A stretch of 58,939 bases of DNA from Actinomycetes bacterium (GCA_031368095.1 JANLQX010000514.1:1-58939), one strand, 5' to 3'; counted from the first letter of the stretch, positions 15,845 through 24,043 are shown. Numbers and translations are program-made. Notes: a model not told the origin generated them from the sequence alone.

Positions 15845-16078
15845 ATGAGCGCTTACGTTTTGCTGTTCCACATTGATGAAGAAACTGGTGAAATTTGTGT
15901 GCCACCTCTAAAAATGGGTCACGCAGTATGGATTATGCTGCAACGCAAGACAAAAACCGAACTTATGCGCGATTTGGTGCACGGAGAAATGGGTTTCTGC
16001 GAGGAAGATGCTCGGGTCTACTTTAAGCACAAATTTACGGATAGGGTTTACTACGCACAAATGGCGGCAACAACATGA
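15845..16078 (+). CDS. Hypothetical protein
   Basis: ATG 15845 lies 7 nt after AAGGAG. The longer ORF from 15722 would overlap the upstream gene and has no RBS. Confidence 0.5.
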   Translation: MSAYVLLFHIDEETGEICVPPLKMGHAVWIMLQRKTKTELMRDLVHGEMGFCEEDARVYFKHKFTDRVYYAQMAATT

Positions 16079-16332
16079 GCGATGCGCAAAACGATCCTTT
16101 GAGCTCTGATGCGCCAAGTTACGGTCCATGGCGCTGTTTTGATTGCAAGAAAATCATTGAAAAAGGTGGGCTACACGCGTACCGGGCTACAGGGGTTGAG
16201 TTTCCTGGAGTTAATGAGAACGGCTTAGTAACGCATTTTGTGGGGCATAGGTACCTGTGTATTCCTTGCAACAAAGAGCGCGACGACGCGGAAATACGAA
16301 ACCGATTGCACAGGCCACAAGGCAGGAGATAA
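16075..16332 (+). CDS. Small Zn-finger-like protein
   Basis: ATGA overlap with the upstream gene. Contains CFDC...CIPC pairs. Confidence 0.55.
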   Translation: MSDAQNDPLSSDAPSYGPWRCFDCKKIIEKGGLHAYRATGVEFPGVNENGLVTHFVGHRYLCIPCNKERDDAEIRNRLHRPQGRR

Positions 16333-16336
16333 AAGC

Positions 16337-16747
16337 ATGAACCGCATCAACCACCCCATCCACTACGGCGGCGACACCCTATACGAAGCCATAAAGGTTA
16401 TCGAGGCTTGGGGCTTAAACTTCAACCTTGGAAACACTGCCAAGTACATCTCCCGAGCAGAACTCAAGGGAAAGCCCGTGCAAGACCTGGAGAAAGCTCT
16501 TTGGTACTTAGCCCGGGAAGTCCACAACCGGGGCGGAAACATTCACCACGCTATTCCAACCCCTGAAGGTGAAATCTTGGTGGCCCTAAGGTTTGCCTTG
16601 GAACACATCACGGAATGGGAAATTGACGATGACCGAGGAGTGGCAGAGGCGTTCGAAGTCCTCACCAAGGTCGCTGATATTCTAAACAACGCGCTTGAAG
16701 CAGTAACCCCGAACTTGGCGGATTCCAAGAAAACAAAGGAGACGTAA
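16337..16747 (+). CDS. DUF3310-family protein
   Basis: INHPIHYGGDTLYEAIKVIEAWGLNFNLGNTAKYISRAELKGKPVQDLEKALWYL matches the DUF3310 pattern. ATG 16337 is preferred over the in-frame upstream start at 16238. Confidence 0.7.
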   Translation: MNRINHPIHYGGDTLYEAIKVIEAWGLNFNLGNTAKYISRAELKGKPVQDLEKALWYLAREVHNRGGNIHHAIPTPEGEILVALRFALEHITEWEIDDDRGVAEAFEVLTKVADILNNALEAVTPNLADSKKTKET

Positions 16748-16751
16748 CAAA

Positions 16752-17063
16752 ATGCAAAGATTAATGTTTTTCGAAATCGCAGAGGGCCATTTTGCGGATC
16801 AAGCGCAACGAGACTTTGAGGCTGCGCAAAATATTGCGCACTCCAGAGGGGTACCTATTAAGGTGTCCATGGAAATCACAGTCTTTCCCGAGTCCCGCGC
16901 TCACCGTGGCACAGGTAAAGTGCGGTTCAAGACTTCCGTAAGAGAGCCGGCAAAAGACTCGATCGAGTTTATCACCGAAGTGAGCAAGGAAGGCTTGATC
17001 ATGGACTCCGGCCACCGTCAAAACCAATTAAAGCTTAACGACGGGAAAGGCGGTGAAGCATGA
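16752..17063 (+). CDS. Hypothetical protein
   Basis: 103 codons, coupled to the next gene by ATGA. Confidence 0.55.
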   Translation: MQRLMFFEIAEGHFADQAQRDFEAAQNIAHSRGVPIKVSMEITVFPESRAHRGTGKVRFKTSVREPAKDSIEFITEVSKEGLIMDSGHRQNQLKLNDGKGGEA

Positions 17064-17809
17064 GTATTGAAAAGGTGTATTTAACTGCAAGCCCAGACGG
17101 AAAGCTGTCAATAGGAAACCAGGTAATCGAACTCAAGGACGTATCCAGATTGACCTTTTCAACCGACAATTTATTGGCTTTCGAAAAGTTTGTCGCTTTG
17201 AATAAGGAGGAAGCGAATATTTGTTATTCTGCAAAATCCGTTTCTTTAATGCCAAAACAGCCTGAGAAGGCGTATGCGCCTATCGCTATATGCGCTCTAC
17301 AGGACTCCGAGGCCTTAATTCATCTAAACAAAGCTTTAGACAAGGATCTTTCCATTGCGGAATTTGAAAAGCTTCTATACCGCCTAAGAAGATATGGAGA
17401 TTTTCTATCAACCATATCCCACTTGCGATCGTTTAGTGTTGCCAAAAAACAAACCTATGAAAGAGACGTTGACAATTCTGGAAACTTCCGCCTGCTAATA
17501 CAGCGCGAAGCGATGGGGGTAGGTAATTGGGTTCCCCCTGAAAAACTTTCGTTCGTGGTGCCAGTATTCACTTATTTACAAGACGCCTTCAAAGTAGATC
17601 TGGATCTGCTTTTCTCCGTAACGGACGCGGGAATCCCTGTTTTCCGTTTGGAAAACCTAACCTTCGCCGAGGATCTTTTAGCTCGTCGAATCGAAGTTCT
17701 GGACGCTCGCCTGAGTAGCGCTTCCACATGCCCGCAGTATTGGGGAGTTATACAAAACGTCCCCATGGACGATTCCTGGATGTATCGGGAAAACAAAGCA
17801 AACCTTTAA
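17060..17809 (+). CDS. Hypothetical protein
   Basis: 249 codons with no confident motif. Confidence 0.6.
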   Translation: MSIEKVYLTASPDGKLSIGNQVIELKDVSRLTFSTDNLLAFEKFVALNKEEANICYSAKSVSLMPKQPEKAYAPIAICALQDSEALIHLNKALDKDLSIAEFEKLLYRLRRYGDFLSTISHLRSFSVAKKQTYERDVDNSGNFRLLIQREAMGVGNWVPPEKLSFVVPVFTYLQDAFKVDLDLLFSVTDAGIPVFRLENLTFAEDLLARRIEVLDARLSSASTCPQYWGVIQNVPMDDSWMYRENKANL

Positions 17810-17850
17810 CCGCACCAGACGGCCTCTGGGAATAAACCAAAAGGAAGATC

Positions 17851-18141
17851 ATGAAGAAGTATACGAGAACCATCATTGAACACGTGGAAGCCGTTCAGTT
17901 CGACGGAAACGTGCCGCCCGATGTGGATGGACAGCCTACAAGCACTGTTCGGCTTAGCGGTGACGGCATGCCATTTATAAACACGGTCTCTGGACCGCTA
18001 TTCTTGAACACTGGGGATTTCATTGTGTACAAGGGCAGCGATATTTCCATAGTTCCTGAAAGCGAGTTTCTGGATAACTACAAGGAAGTTGCCGAGGAGA
18101 CGAAGGAAGCACTTGTAGAGGCCGCGGGCGTAGAAGCCTAG
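17851..18141 (+). CDS. Hypothetical protein
   Basis: RBS AAAGGAAG upstream; 96 codons. Confidence 0.6.
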   Translation: MKKYTRTIIEHVEAVQFDGNVPPDVDGQPTSTVRLSGDGMPFINTVSGPLFLNTGDFIVYKGSDISIVPESEFLDNYKEVAEETKEALVEAAGVEA

Positions 18142-18261
18142 TCAGAGCATGAGTGGTCATCCAAATGTCTAGGATACAAGGCTTGTTTGAGCAGTCTTGG
18201 ATCAGGGTTAAAACCCCTGCCTCTCATCTTTTAAGTAATCCAATAAAAAGGAAGTGATATA

Positions 18262-18561
18262 ATGCCGTGCTCGGAATGCAATACTGACTCTCCAGAGCCA
18301 TTTGACTGTTATATCGAATCCGATAGCCCAGAAGTAGGCTACTGGTTTATGGTGGCTGGCGGCCTTCACGCGTCTCTGGTCGGCGTCTCGGTTGATGGGG
18401 ATCTTGTTTATAGGTTCCTGATATGCCACACAAAGAACCACCCGGAACCCGATCCAGACCAAGAAATCCTTTGCATAGAATGCTTCGATCGCCTCTACCC
18501 AGAATTTGGAGATGGAGAAGATGAAGATTTCGGTGAAACAAAAGAAAGTTGGCAAAATTGA
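18262..18561 (+). CDS. Hypothetical Cys-rich acidic protein
   Basis: RBS AAAGGAAG upstream. Contains CSEC...C...CIEC; acidic C-terminus. Confidence 0.55.
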   Translation: MPCSECNTDSPEPFDCYIESDSPEVGYWFMVAGGLHASLVGVSVDGDLVYRFLICHTKNHPEPDPDQEILCIECFDRLYPEFGDGEDEDFGETKESWQN

Positions 18562-18728
18562 TGGACAAGATATTCCTTTGGATTTTTATGGCGTTTACAA
18601 TCTTTGGAATAGCGATAATTCTATACGCTTTCGCAGTGATGGCAGTTGGCAAAATCAAAAGAATTCGCCGTCGCATGGGAATAGGCGTGTACCCAAGGAA
18701 GTGGATGGGAGAAGCATGGAAAAGATGA
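18561..18728 (+). CDS. Small single-pass membrane protein (55 aa, below the ORF-track cutoff)
   Basis: ATG 18561 overlaps the upstream TGA (TGATG). Translation: MDKIFLWIFMAFTIFGIAIILYAFAVMAVGKIKRIRRRMGIGVYPRKWMGEAWKR, a hydrophobic helix followed by a basic tail. The stop overlaps the next ATG (ATGA). Confidence 0.5.
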   Translation: MDKIFLWIFMAFTIFGIAIILYAFAVMAVGKIKRIRRRMGIGVYPRKWMGEAWKR

Positions 18729-19024
18729 ATAACCCAGGAAAAGGGCAGGAATTTACGGATCCAACCTGGGAGCGGTTTCACCTGCTAGCTGGAAGGGCCG
18801 GGGCATTTATGGCGTTATTCATCGAGTGCCAGCCGTACATCGAAGAGTTTGGATCTTCGGGTTGGATGGATCCGGAGACAGCAAAGAAGGTTGATTATTG
18901 CTTGCGTGGAATGGAGCATTTTGGTCCGCTCCTGGAAAAATTCAAAGCCTTTATGACGGCGATGGATGAGACTCCAATGGAACTTGTAGATCCGGAAATA
19001 TTAAGCTTTCTCGATTCCTTATAA
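18725..19024 (+). CDS. Hypothetical protein
   Basis: ATG 18725 is in the frame of the 18506 ORF and coupled by ATGA to the small TM ORF. The long version from 18506 would overlap two genes. Confidence 0.5.
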   Translation: MNNPGKGQEFTDPTWERFHLLAGRAGAFMALFIECQPYIEEFGSSGWMDPETAKKVDYCLRGMEHFGPLLEKFKAFMTAMDETPMELVDPEILSFLDSL

Positions 19025-19065
19025 AATTAATACACATAAAGCATAAAGGTGTGCTATATTAAACA

Positions 19066-19392
19066 ATGAAGGCGGATAAAATGAGCGGCAACTCAAAGCG
19101 CGTACTTAGTATGACTTTGCATCGAAAATGGTTCGACGCTATTGCGAAGGGGAAGAAGAAGAAGGAATACCGAGACTCCAAGGATTACTGGCTTAAAAGA
19201 TTTTTCGATCCCGAAGGTCGATTGATCAAGTACGACGAAGTGCATTTCAAGAACGGGTACTCGCCGGAAGCCCCATTCATGCGTGTGGAATGGTTAGGCA
19301 TGAAGAAGATAACGGTTGAAGGATCGGAGGTCTGCGCGATTCAACTAGGAAACGTGCTGGAGATCCTTAATTGGAAGGGGCCGGCAGCATGA
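19066..19392 (+). CDS. ASCH domain protein
   Basis: MTLHRKWFDAIAKGKKKKEYRDSKDYWLKRF...YDEVHFKNGYSPEAPFMRVEW. It is preceded by ATAAAGGTG (19043-19051). Confidence 0.6.
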   Translation: MKADKMSGNSKRVLSMTLHRKWFDAIAKGKKKKEYRDSKDYWLKRFFDPEGRLIKYDEVHFKNGYSPEAPFMRVEWLGMKKITVEGSEVCAIQLGNVLEILNWKGPAA

Positions 19393-20252
19393 ACCGCCCA
19401 ATCTGGACCACCGAAAAGCGTAAAGTCAAAGACCTTATTCCCTGGCCGAGAAACCCCAGGCGCATCACCGAAACAAAGATGATGCACCTCAAGGAAAGCC
19501 TGAATAAGTTCGGGTACGCCGATCCAGTAATCGCAAATGTGGACGAACAGCTTATTGCGGGTCACATGCGCCTCAAGGCGATGGCGATTCTTAAAATGGT
19601 AACACCGGATACCGATGTCGATGTTCGCATTCCTAATCGGCGCCTTACCGAAGACGAAGCCAAAGAACTGGCTGTTCGTCACAATGGCAAATTTGGCGAG
19701 TGGAATATGGAAATGCTATCCGCAGATTTTACCTATGGAGAACTGCTTAATTTCGGCTTTGAAAAATTCGAACTAGGTTTCGACATGGGTAACGAGCCGC
19801 AAAAAGAATCTCATGGGGAAGACCAGGATCCCGAAGACGACGAAGCCGACGGCAAAGAGCCTCAGGACAGCCAGGCGGGCGACAGCGCAGTCAATAACGC
19901 AGAAATTCCATCCGGGAATCGCCAGGGCGGGCCGAGCGTGGAACCGGAGGCTTTGGACCTGAAGGACATCGAAGAGAATAACCCAAAACTACAGGCGTTT
20001 TTAGATCGCCGTCGCGCAGCAAAAGAGCGCGGCAAGGATAAGGGAGAATTGAATTTCTGGCTCTGCATAGTTTTTCAATCCTACGAACAGAAAATGGAGT
20101 TTTCCACCAAACTAGGGCTGGAAACAAAGTACGGCATGTATGCCAATGGAGAGGAGATTGCGAAAAAAATTGCTCTATCCATTACCGAAACGACTCAAAA
20201 ACCTGTCCAGGTGCCGCTAGACAAAGTACTATCAAAGATGGTTCAACAATGA
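19389..20252 (+). CDS. ParB-like nuclease domain protein (IbrB-like)
   Basis: ATGA overlap with the ASCH gene. LIPWPRNPRRITETKMMHLKESLNKFGYADPVIANVDEQLIAGHMRLKA; acidic low-complexity middle region. Confidence 0.7.
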   Translation: MNRPIWTTEKRKVKDLIPWPRNPRRITETKMMHLKESLNKFGYADPVIANVDEQLIAGHMRLKAMAILKMVTPDTDVDVRIPNRRLTEDEAKELAVRHNGKFGEWNMEMLSADFTYGELLNFGFEKFELGFDMGNEPQKESHGEDQDPEDDEADGKEPQDSQAGDSAVNNAEIPSGNRQGGPSVEPEALDLKDIEENNPKLQAFLDRRRAAKERGKDKGELNFWLCIVFQSYEQKMEFSTKLGLETKYGMYANGEEIAKKIALSITETTQKPVQVPLDKVLSKMVQQ

Positions 20253-20268
20253 GTGGAGGTGATACTGA

Positions 20269-21156
20269 ATGGCAAAGAAGAAAGCAGCTAAAAAACTCAA
20301 GCCCGTCCCGCCCAAAAAGCGTGGCGCCAAGCCCCTAAAAAAGGCGGAGGCAAGAAAGGCAAAGGCGGAGGCAAGGGAGGCGGCGGAGGCGGTTAAGCCT
20401 GCGGTGATTCTCGAAACCGACAAGTCTCGTTCGCTCTGCGAAACCATATCGCTTGAGTCGGACGGGACTTGTTTTCTTGGGTTCAGTCGCGGAAAAGACA
20501 GCATTGCTGCATGGCTGTACCTGCGCCGGTTCTTTAAACGTGTAATCCCATTTCACGTAGCGACGGTACCGGGTCTGGGTTTCGTGGACCGAAGCCTAGC
20601 CTATTATGAGGCGTTTTTTCAAACTCCAGTGCTGCGCCTCATGGACGGGGATGTGATCAAGGATTTAAACCGCATGATCTATCAGCCGGAATCGGACGAA
20701 GCCGAGATCGACGATTTAGAGCTTTGGACCTATAACAAACACAATATTTTGGACCTTTTGCGCAAGGTTTACAACATTCCAAATGCCTGGGGAGCGTTCG
20801 GCATCAATATGACGGACAGCCTGGACAGGCGAATATATGTAGCGCAATGCCAAGGCCGCCATGATACGTGGAAGACGTTCTATCCATGCTGGGATTGGAC
20901 GAAGGAACAGATCCTTGCTTCTATAAATGCCGTGGGTCTGGCTCTGCCGGGCGACTATCTGCTCGCTTCGCGCACAGTTGCAGGAACACCGTCTTATCGG
21001 CACATCAAACGCATGCGAGATATGTACCCGGAAGACTTCGAAAAGATAACCCACATGTTCCCGTACGTATACGCCGAATTGGCCAGGCAAGAATTTCGAG
21101 AGGCTATGCCTAGATTCCAGAACGCTGTCAAGACCAAGAAGATCAAGGCCGCCTAA
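20269..21156 (+). CDS. PAPS-reductase-family (PP-loop ATPase, IbrA/DndC-like) protein
   Basis: Lys/Ala-rich N-terminus, then the PP-loop-like segment CFLGFSRGKDSIAAWLYL. Confidence 0.65.
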   Translation: MAKKKAAKKLKPVPPKKRGAKPLKKAEARKAKAEAREAAEAVKPAVILETDKSRSLCETISLESDGTCFLGFSRGKDSIAAWLYLRRFFKRVIPFHVATVPGLGFVDRSLAYYEAFFQTPVLRLMDGDVIKDLNRMIYQPESDEAEIDDLELWTYNKHNILDLLRKVYNIPNAWGAFGINMTDSLDRRIYVAQCQGRHDTWKTFYPCWDWTKEQILASINAVGLALPGDYLLASRTVAGTPSYRHIKRMRDMYPEDFEKITHMFPYVYAELARQEFREAMPRFQNAVKTKKIKAA

Positions 21157-21158
21157 AA

Positions 21159-21602
21159 ATGCTTAAGGACTACAACGGGTTTGGCGGAGACGATCGATAC
21201 CGCTTAAGCATTGCTCATCGTAAGGCAGTGGCCGATAAAACGCTTCCCAATCCAGAAAGGTGCGAAATGTGCTCGCAGACAGCGGGTCTGATTGTTCGCC
21301 ACAACGAGGATTACGATCAGCCAGTAAAAGGGGCTCACGCCCTTTGCGTTGAGTGCTATATCCGCCTGCGCACCAGATTTTTCAAACCCCGCTCCTGGCA
21401 GAACTGGCTTTCTCGCATTTTGGCCGGCGCAATGTCAAAGCCTTATCGAAGGGTCAGCGAATGCTGTTTGGCGCTTATGGGGGAAGACGATCCGAAAGTA
21501 GTCCAATGGGAAAACCCAAGGGCCTTTTGGTACCAAAGGCTTTCCGTTCGCCCACTGGATTTTCGGAAACTGCCAGAGGACGTAAAGGAGAGGCTAAGGT
21601 GA
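21159..21602 (+). CDS. Zn/His-motif protein (same C-x2-C...H-x-EDY...LC-x-EC motif as 14794..15327)
   Basis: CEMCSQTAGLIVRHNEDYDQPVKGAHALCVECY. Confidence 0.55.
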   Translation: MLKDYNGFGGDDRYRLSIAHRKAVADKTLPNPERCEMCSQTAGLIVRHNEDYDQPVKGAHALCVECYIRLRTRFFKPRSWQNWLSRILAGAMSKPYRRVSECCLALMGEDDPKVVQWENPRAFWYQRLSVRPLDFRKLPEDVKERLR

Positions 21603-21784
21603 CAACAGACCGAGAAATTGATTTAGAAGCGGCATTAGAATACTACAAATCCGTAGCTATCGTATGCGGATTTGCGATCAAGGAGTTGACGACATGGGCA
21701 GATGGCGAGGCGTCCAAGGGAAATAACCCGGTACCGAAACAAATTTTGGAGAGGCTGAAAAAAGCTCAGACGGGAGAGCAATGA
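21599..21784 (+). CDS. Hypothetical small protein
   Basis: GTG 21599 overlaps the upstream stop (GTGA). The long ORF from 21353 overlaps 21159..21602 out of frame and is not preferred. Confidence 0.5.
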   Translation: MTTDREIDLEAALEYYKSVAIVCGFAIKELTTWADGEASKGNNPVPKQILERLKKAQTGEQ

Positions 21785-21933
21785 AGCGCTTCTGGGGGAT
21801 TCGACATGTGCGGTGGGCATGGTGCTGGCTAAACTACCTGATTTTCTTTAGCGTAATCGGAGGGGATTTCTGGAGATGGGTTTGCCCGAGCGACTGGGCG
21901 TACCTTCAGGACGTTTGGGATGGAAAGGCATGA
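21781..21933 (+). CDS. Trp-rich 50-aa protein (below the ORF-track cutoff)
   Basis: ATGA overlaps at both ends. Translation: MKRFWGIRHVRWAWCWLNYLIFFSVIGGDFWRWVCPSDWAYLQDVWDGKA. Confidence 0.45.
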   Translation: MKRFWGIRHVRWAWCWLNYLIFFSVIGGDFWRWVCPSDWAYLQDVWDGKA

Positions 21934-22124
21934 AAATGGAGAAACAACCCCAATTCACGGACACCACCAGCACGGCTAAAATGACAAAAGCGCCAAAGGG
22001 CCGAGCGGAACTGGTGGCGGACTACTACCGAGAGCTACGGGCTGATGCGAGGATGCCAAGAGCTGTAAGGCGACAGCTTCTTCGCGATTTTGAAAAGGAA
22101 TTACGGAAAGCAGGCGTCAATTGA
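21930..22124 (+). CDS. Hypothetical basic protein
   Basis: ATG 21930 is coupled by ATGA. MKMEKQPQF...RAVRRQLLRDFEKELRKAGVN. Confidence 0.5.
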   Translation: MKMEKQPQFTDTTSTAKMTKAPKGRAELVADYYRELRADARMPRAVRRQLLRDFEKELRKAGVN

Positions 22125-22297
22125 CCAGAGAGACATGGTATTTCTTTCCGCATAGATGCCTATTCTTGATCATTTTTTGGGTGCTTATTGTTTTGTGTTG
22201 CGTGGGTCTTGTTTTGATTAGCCCATTTTACTTGGCTAAAGTTTTGTTTAGCGCAAAACCCTTTGACGGAAAAAGAAAAATCTAAAAGGAGTTCGAC

Positions 22298-22618
22298 ATG
22301 TTAATGGAAATTGAAATGTTCACAGAGGACGAGTTAAAAGGAAAAGTGGCAGTGATCCGGGTATCCTCGGACGAGGAGGTCCATAGCGTCATGAACCAGA
22401 TCAACGCCTTCCAGTCCCGCAGACCGGACCTAGCTAAAGTGTTCAGCTTCATGGTGCTCCCGAAAAACATGGAAATTCGGGATGTGATGGACGTGGCTCA
22501 GGAAATGGCGCGAAAAGCAAAGGACGCACCGGCATCGCATCCTATGGTAGAGAACACAGCGGCAGACAGGGCTGAAATCGTCATACCAGGAAAGTCAAAA
22601 GCCGATGCCAAGAGCTAA
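22298..22618 (+). CDS. Hypothetical protein (first gene of the late operon)
   Basis: RBS AAAAGGAG lies 7 nt upstream. It follows a 173-nt T-rich noncoding spacer. Confidence 0.6.
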   Translation: MLMEIEMFTEDELKGKVAVIRVSSDEEVHSVMNQINAFQSRRPDLAKVFSFMVLPKNMEIRDVMDVAQEMARKAKDAPASHPMVENTAADRAEIVIPGKSKADAKS

Positions 22619-22790
22619 GCTTCGCGATCTTGAAATAAACGCCATAGAGACAAAGCCTGGGTGGTGGCAACTGGAATTCGAATCCGGAGAAATCCACCAC
22701 GTTGAAGGGGATTTGTTTCGCGCCTTATTTAAAAAGGTGGTGGAAGAAAATTATCCAATAAAACTTGAAAAAAAGGTGGATCAGGTATGA
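22605..22790 (+). CDS. Hypothetical protein
   Basis: Overlaps both neighbours; 61 codons. Confidence 0.5.
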   Translation: MPRAKLRDLEINAIETKPGWWQLEFESGEIHHVEGDLFRALFKKVVEENYPIKLEKKVDQV

Positions 22791-23050
22791 CCGGCTACAC
22801 AATCAACAAGGGTGAGCGCCTGCGCGGGAACGTCAACGAGTCTCATGTGATGCTAAACCTGCCTCCATGCTCCATGCCAATGCCAAACGGAGACGGGACT
22901 AATGCCCCTACCTGGAGCAGCCCCCATCACCATACTGTTTTCAGCAGCGGAGAGCGAGAGGCCAGGAATCGCCGCGTATCAGCGCAGAACAGAAGAGTAC
23001 GCAACAATGCGAAAAAAGCAAGCGAAGTAAAACCCGTGGGAGAAATCTGA
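22787..23050 (+). CDS. Hypothetical protein
   Basis: ATGA overlap at the start and TGATG overlap at the end. Confidence 0.45.
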   Translation: MTGYTINKGERLRGNVNESHVMLNLPPCSMPMPNGDGTNAPTWSSPHHHTVFSSGEREARNRRVSAQNRRVRNNAKKASEVKPVGEI

Positions 23051-23523
23051 TGAACGAGGCAAGTATAATCAAAGCGCCAAGTAGGATAAAACCAGTCGAA
23101 TTGTTTTACAAATGCGTCCATTTCAAGATACAGGAGCTTGTGGACAAGGAAACCTTTCAGGCCCTTGGGGAATCCGCCTGGATGCTTTTTGACCGGAACC
23201 TGCTTGGAGCTATGGACAGGATTCGCGAGAGGTACGATGTGGAAATCACGGTTAACAACTGGGCCACAGGCGGGCCTTTCTCGCAAAGAGGGTTCCGGTC
23301 CAGCGATTCGACAACCGGAGCCAAGCTATCCGGGCACAGAAGAGGCCAGAACTTGGATTTTGACGTGAAAGGCAAGACGGCGGACTGGGTGAGAAAAGAC
23401 ATCTTGGACAACAAGGATCATATTGATTTCATGTTGATTACGAGAATGGAGGTTGGAATCTCCTGGGTGCATATAGGCGTGGAGAACGTGCCTGGACGCA
23501 TTCTGCTTTTTAACCCGGCATAG
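23050..23523 (+). CDS. Peptidase M15-family (DD-/LD-peptidase) cell-wall hydrolase; endolysin candidate
   Basis: SGHRRGQNLDFD (H-x6-D) and a later WVHI give a Zn-ligand pattern typical of M15A/VanY-like enzymes. Confidence 0.65.
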   Translation: MNEASIIKAPSRIKPVELFYKCVHFKIQELVDKETFQALGESAWMLFDRNLLGAMDRIRERYDVEITVNNWATGGPFSQRGFRSSDSTTGAKLSGHRRGQNLDFDVKGKTADWVRKDILDNKDHIDFMLITRMEVGISWVHIGVENVPGRILLFNPA

Positions 23524-23526
23524 CAC

Positions 23527-23724
23527 ATGGCTAAAACAGCAGCAGAGAGAGGAAAGAATTTCAGGCAGAAAAACCCTGAAAAAGTCAAGGCATACGCACA
23601 TGATGCCAGGCAACGAGAAAAGGAATACATGGAAACAAAAAAGAGAGAAAAAAGGGAACGATTGGCCAAAATAGCCCAGGAAGCCAGAAAGTCAACGCAC
23701 GAATTAAGGATGTTGCCGTGTTAG
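23527..23724 (+). CDS. Hypothetical highly basic protein
   Basis: The sequence is rich in Lys, Arg and Glu. Confidence 0.5.
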   Translation: MAKTAAERGKNFRQKNPEKVKAYAHDARQREKEYMETKKREKRERLAKIAQEARKSTHELRMLPC

Positions 23725-24032
23725 GCAAAGTCATGGAAGAAATAGGTCTTGAAGGCCTTTTCGAAACCATTATCAAGGGTGAAAACTTTAGTGGCGAGGC
23801 TTTACGAGTGCTGAAAAAGGCTGAAATATCCGCCAAAAAGGAAGGGCAAAAAGTCGGAGTCACGCACCTGGTTCTTGCCATGCTTTGCGAAAACACCACA
23901 GAAACCAATGCTTTGGAAAAAGCGTTCCAGGCTGGTGAGGCAATAATTGCCGCTACGGAAAGTATTAAAAACGTGATCGAATCCTTTAAAATAGCAAAAA
24001 ATGAGGCGTATCCTCAAAAACCTAAACACTAG
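23718..24032 (+). CDS. Clp_N-repeat-like protein
   Basis: GEALRVLKKAEISAKKEGQKVGVTHLVLAMLCEN resembles a single ClpA/ClpB N-domain repeat. The start could instead be ATG 23733. Confidence 0.45.
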   Translation: MLGKVMEEIGLEGLFETIIKGENFSGEALRVLKKAEISAKKEGQKVGVTHLVLAMLCENTTETNALEKAFQAGEAIIAATESIKNVIESFKIAKNEAYPQKPKH

Positions 24033-24043
24033 GAAAAAGAATT

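Noticed and set aside
18506-18724. N-terminal 73 codons of the tracked ORF 18506..19024, and the long start 21353 of ORF 21353..21784
   Set aside because: Both would overlap neighbouring genes extensively out of frame. Shorter starts that interlock with neighbouring stops (ATGA/GTGA) explain the region better.
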